Shown: piece after piece, positions 62,865 to 64,000 of the stretch
How the letters are laid out: each line of letters begins with the position of its first letter
Numbering within the stretch: the first letter of the stretch is position 1
NCBI GenBank assembly: GCA_965240325.2
Contig: OZ251239.1
Span: 620,001 to 684,000 of the forward strand
DNA: 64,000 nucleotides
Source of the DNA: Rebecca billardiae RCC1528
Lineage: Eukaryota > Protista > Haptophyta
Reading direction: 5' to 3'
Translations under genes and position numbers: made by a program
Notes under the pieces: generated by a model
Told to the model about the DNA's origin: nothing
The model's input: the letters and a program-made list of their open reading frames with translations, nothing else
The model's database searches: none

Positions 62865-64000
62865 ATGGCGCCAGCCGGCCCAATACCGCCCTTGGCCCAA
62901 CGGTCATCAGCGTGCGCGATGCGCCCCGACGGCGTGGACGAGGCCCTCTACGAGCGCGCCAGCCATGGCGAGGCGCGTGCGCAGTGCGAGCTGGGCGAGG
63001 CGCTGATCGCGCTCGACGCCGCGCATGCTGACGAGGCCGTGCGCTGGTTCCGCGCCGGCGCGGAGTCCGGGCACGGCCGCGCGGCCTTTCGCCTCTCGCA
63101 CGCGCTCGCGAGCGGCACGGGTGTGGCGCGCGACGCGAAGCGCGCGCGCAAGTATCTGCTCCTCGCGGCTGAGGCGGAGGACCCCGAGGCACTGTTCGAG
63201 CTGAGCGGGCTGCGTGGGATCGACGTGGGCGCCGAACCCGCGCATTCCGAGCACACGCCCGCGCACGCGTTCGACTTGGCGCTCCGCTCGGCTAAGCTCG
63301 GCCACGGCCCAGCGATGAGCGCGGTCGCCGTGTGCTACGGCTCGGGGCGGGGCGTGCCGCAGCAGTCGGACCGGCTGGCGGCGGTGTGGTGCGCCAAGGC
63401 GGCCGAGCTCGGCCTCGCCTCCGCGCAGTACAACCTCGGCGCGGCGTACCATTTCGGCCACGGCGTGAGCGCGAATGCGGCGACAGCGCTGCACTGGTTC
63501 CGCAAGTCGGCGGCGCAGGGCAACGCCATGGCGATGCACTCTGTGGCCACCGCGCTGACGAAGGGGCTGGGCGTGGAGGCCGACCCCGCCGAGGGCGCGC
63601 GCTGGCTGCGCAAGGCCTCCCGCCTCGGCGACGCCAAGGCCACCTTCGGGCTCGCCGACCTGCTCAGCAAGGGAGCGCCGGGCGTGCCCGCGGACCCGGA
63701 GGAGGCGGCGCGGCTGTACCGCCTCCTCGGCGAGCAGGGCGCGGAGGGCGCGGCCGTGAGCGCGTTGCTCAACGTCGTCGGCACCCCCTTGCACGGCTGG
63801 GGCCCCGCGCGCGTCAACTCGCGCCCGCCCAAGCGCGGCGGCAGCGGCGGCGAAGGTTCCGAGAATGTTCCGCCGCCCACTGCCAGCGCCGGCGGTGCGC
63901 CGCCGGTGGCCTGCTGCTGTCTGCACTGCGGCGCCGCCGGCTCGGATGAGGCGCCGCTCATGGTGTGTTCGCGGTGCCACGCGGCGCGCTTCTGCGGTCG
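62865..64000 (+). CDS. Sel1-like repeat protein with MYND zinc finger (runs off the window; alternative start 62919)
   Basis: Not in the ORF track because there is no stop. Manual translation gives AQYNLGAAYHFGHGV..ALHWFRKSAAQGNAMA, GVEADPAEGARWLRKASRLGDAKA and CLHCGA..LMVCSRCHAARFCG. Confidence 0.88.
   Translation, partial: MAPAGPIPPLAQRSSACAMRPDGVDEALYERASHGEARAQCELGEALIALDAAHADEAVRWFRAGAESGHGRAAFRLSHALASGTGVARDAKRARKYLLLAAEAEDPEALFELSGLRGIDVGAEPAHSEHTPAHAFDLALRSAKLGHGPAMSAVAVCYGSGRGVPQQSDRLAAVWCAKAAELGLASAQYNLGAAYHFGHGVSANAATALHWFRKSAAQGNAMAMHSVATALTKGLGVEADPAEGARWLRKASRLGDAKATFGLADLLSKGAPGVPADPEEAARLYRLLGEQGAEGAAVSALLNVVGTPLHGWGPARVNSRPPKRGGSGGEGSENVPPPTASAGGAPPVACCCLHCGAAGSDEAPLMVCSRCHAARFCG

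Overview
Very GC-rich eukaryotic DNA, probably from an alga. Gene style (mostly intronless genes, short GC-rich GT-AG introns, bipartite plastid presequences) resembles a Pavlovales-type haptophyte; this is inference only. The window has two parts. (1) 1-19 kb is a tandem cluster of six paralogous genes built from 38-aa (114-bp) Cys/His repeats matching the EsV-1-7 motif C-X4-C-X16-C-X2-H-X12. They carry 5, 8, 6, 6, 12 and 7 repeats (44 in total), followed by a shared basic NLS-like/Pro-rich tail. The repeat scaffold is nearly invariant, a few positions are hypervariable, and repeat types are shuffled between paralogues, as in TALE or C2H2-ZF arrays. The short intergenic spacer has been hit repeatedly by non-autonomous DNA transposons of several superfamilies (hAT-like, P/Galileo-like foldback, AT-TSD foldback, Helentron-like with nested TIR elements) and carries many excision-footprint-like micro-duplications. 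(2) 19-64 kb is gene-dense: BIVM/C39-like, thaumatin-like, sacsin-N+BTB, F-box+RCC1, LRR, GT-like, EamA, Mpv17/PMP22, head-to-head CEP44/LRRC45-like, and a truncated Sel1+MYND gene. It also holds a co-oriented block of ShK-prolyl-4-hydroxylase, GT-like gene, giant (SPPP)n/TMEM132-like/cohesin-dockerin surface protein and GT47 exostosin. All family calls come from motif recognition by eye; no database searches were run.
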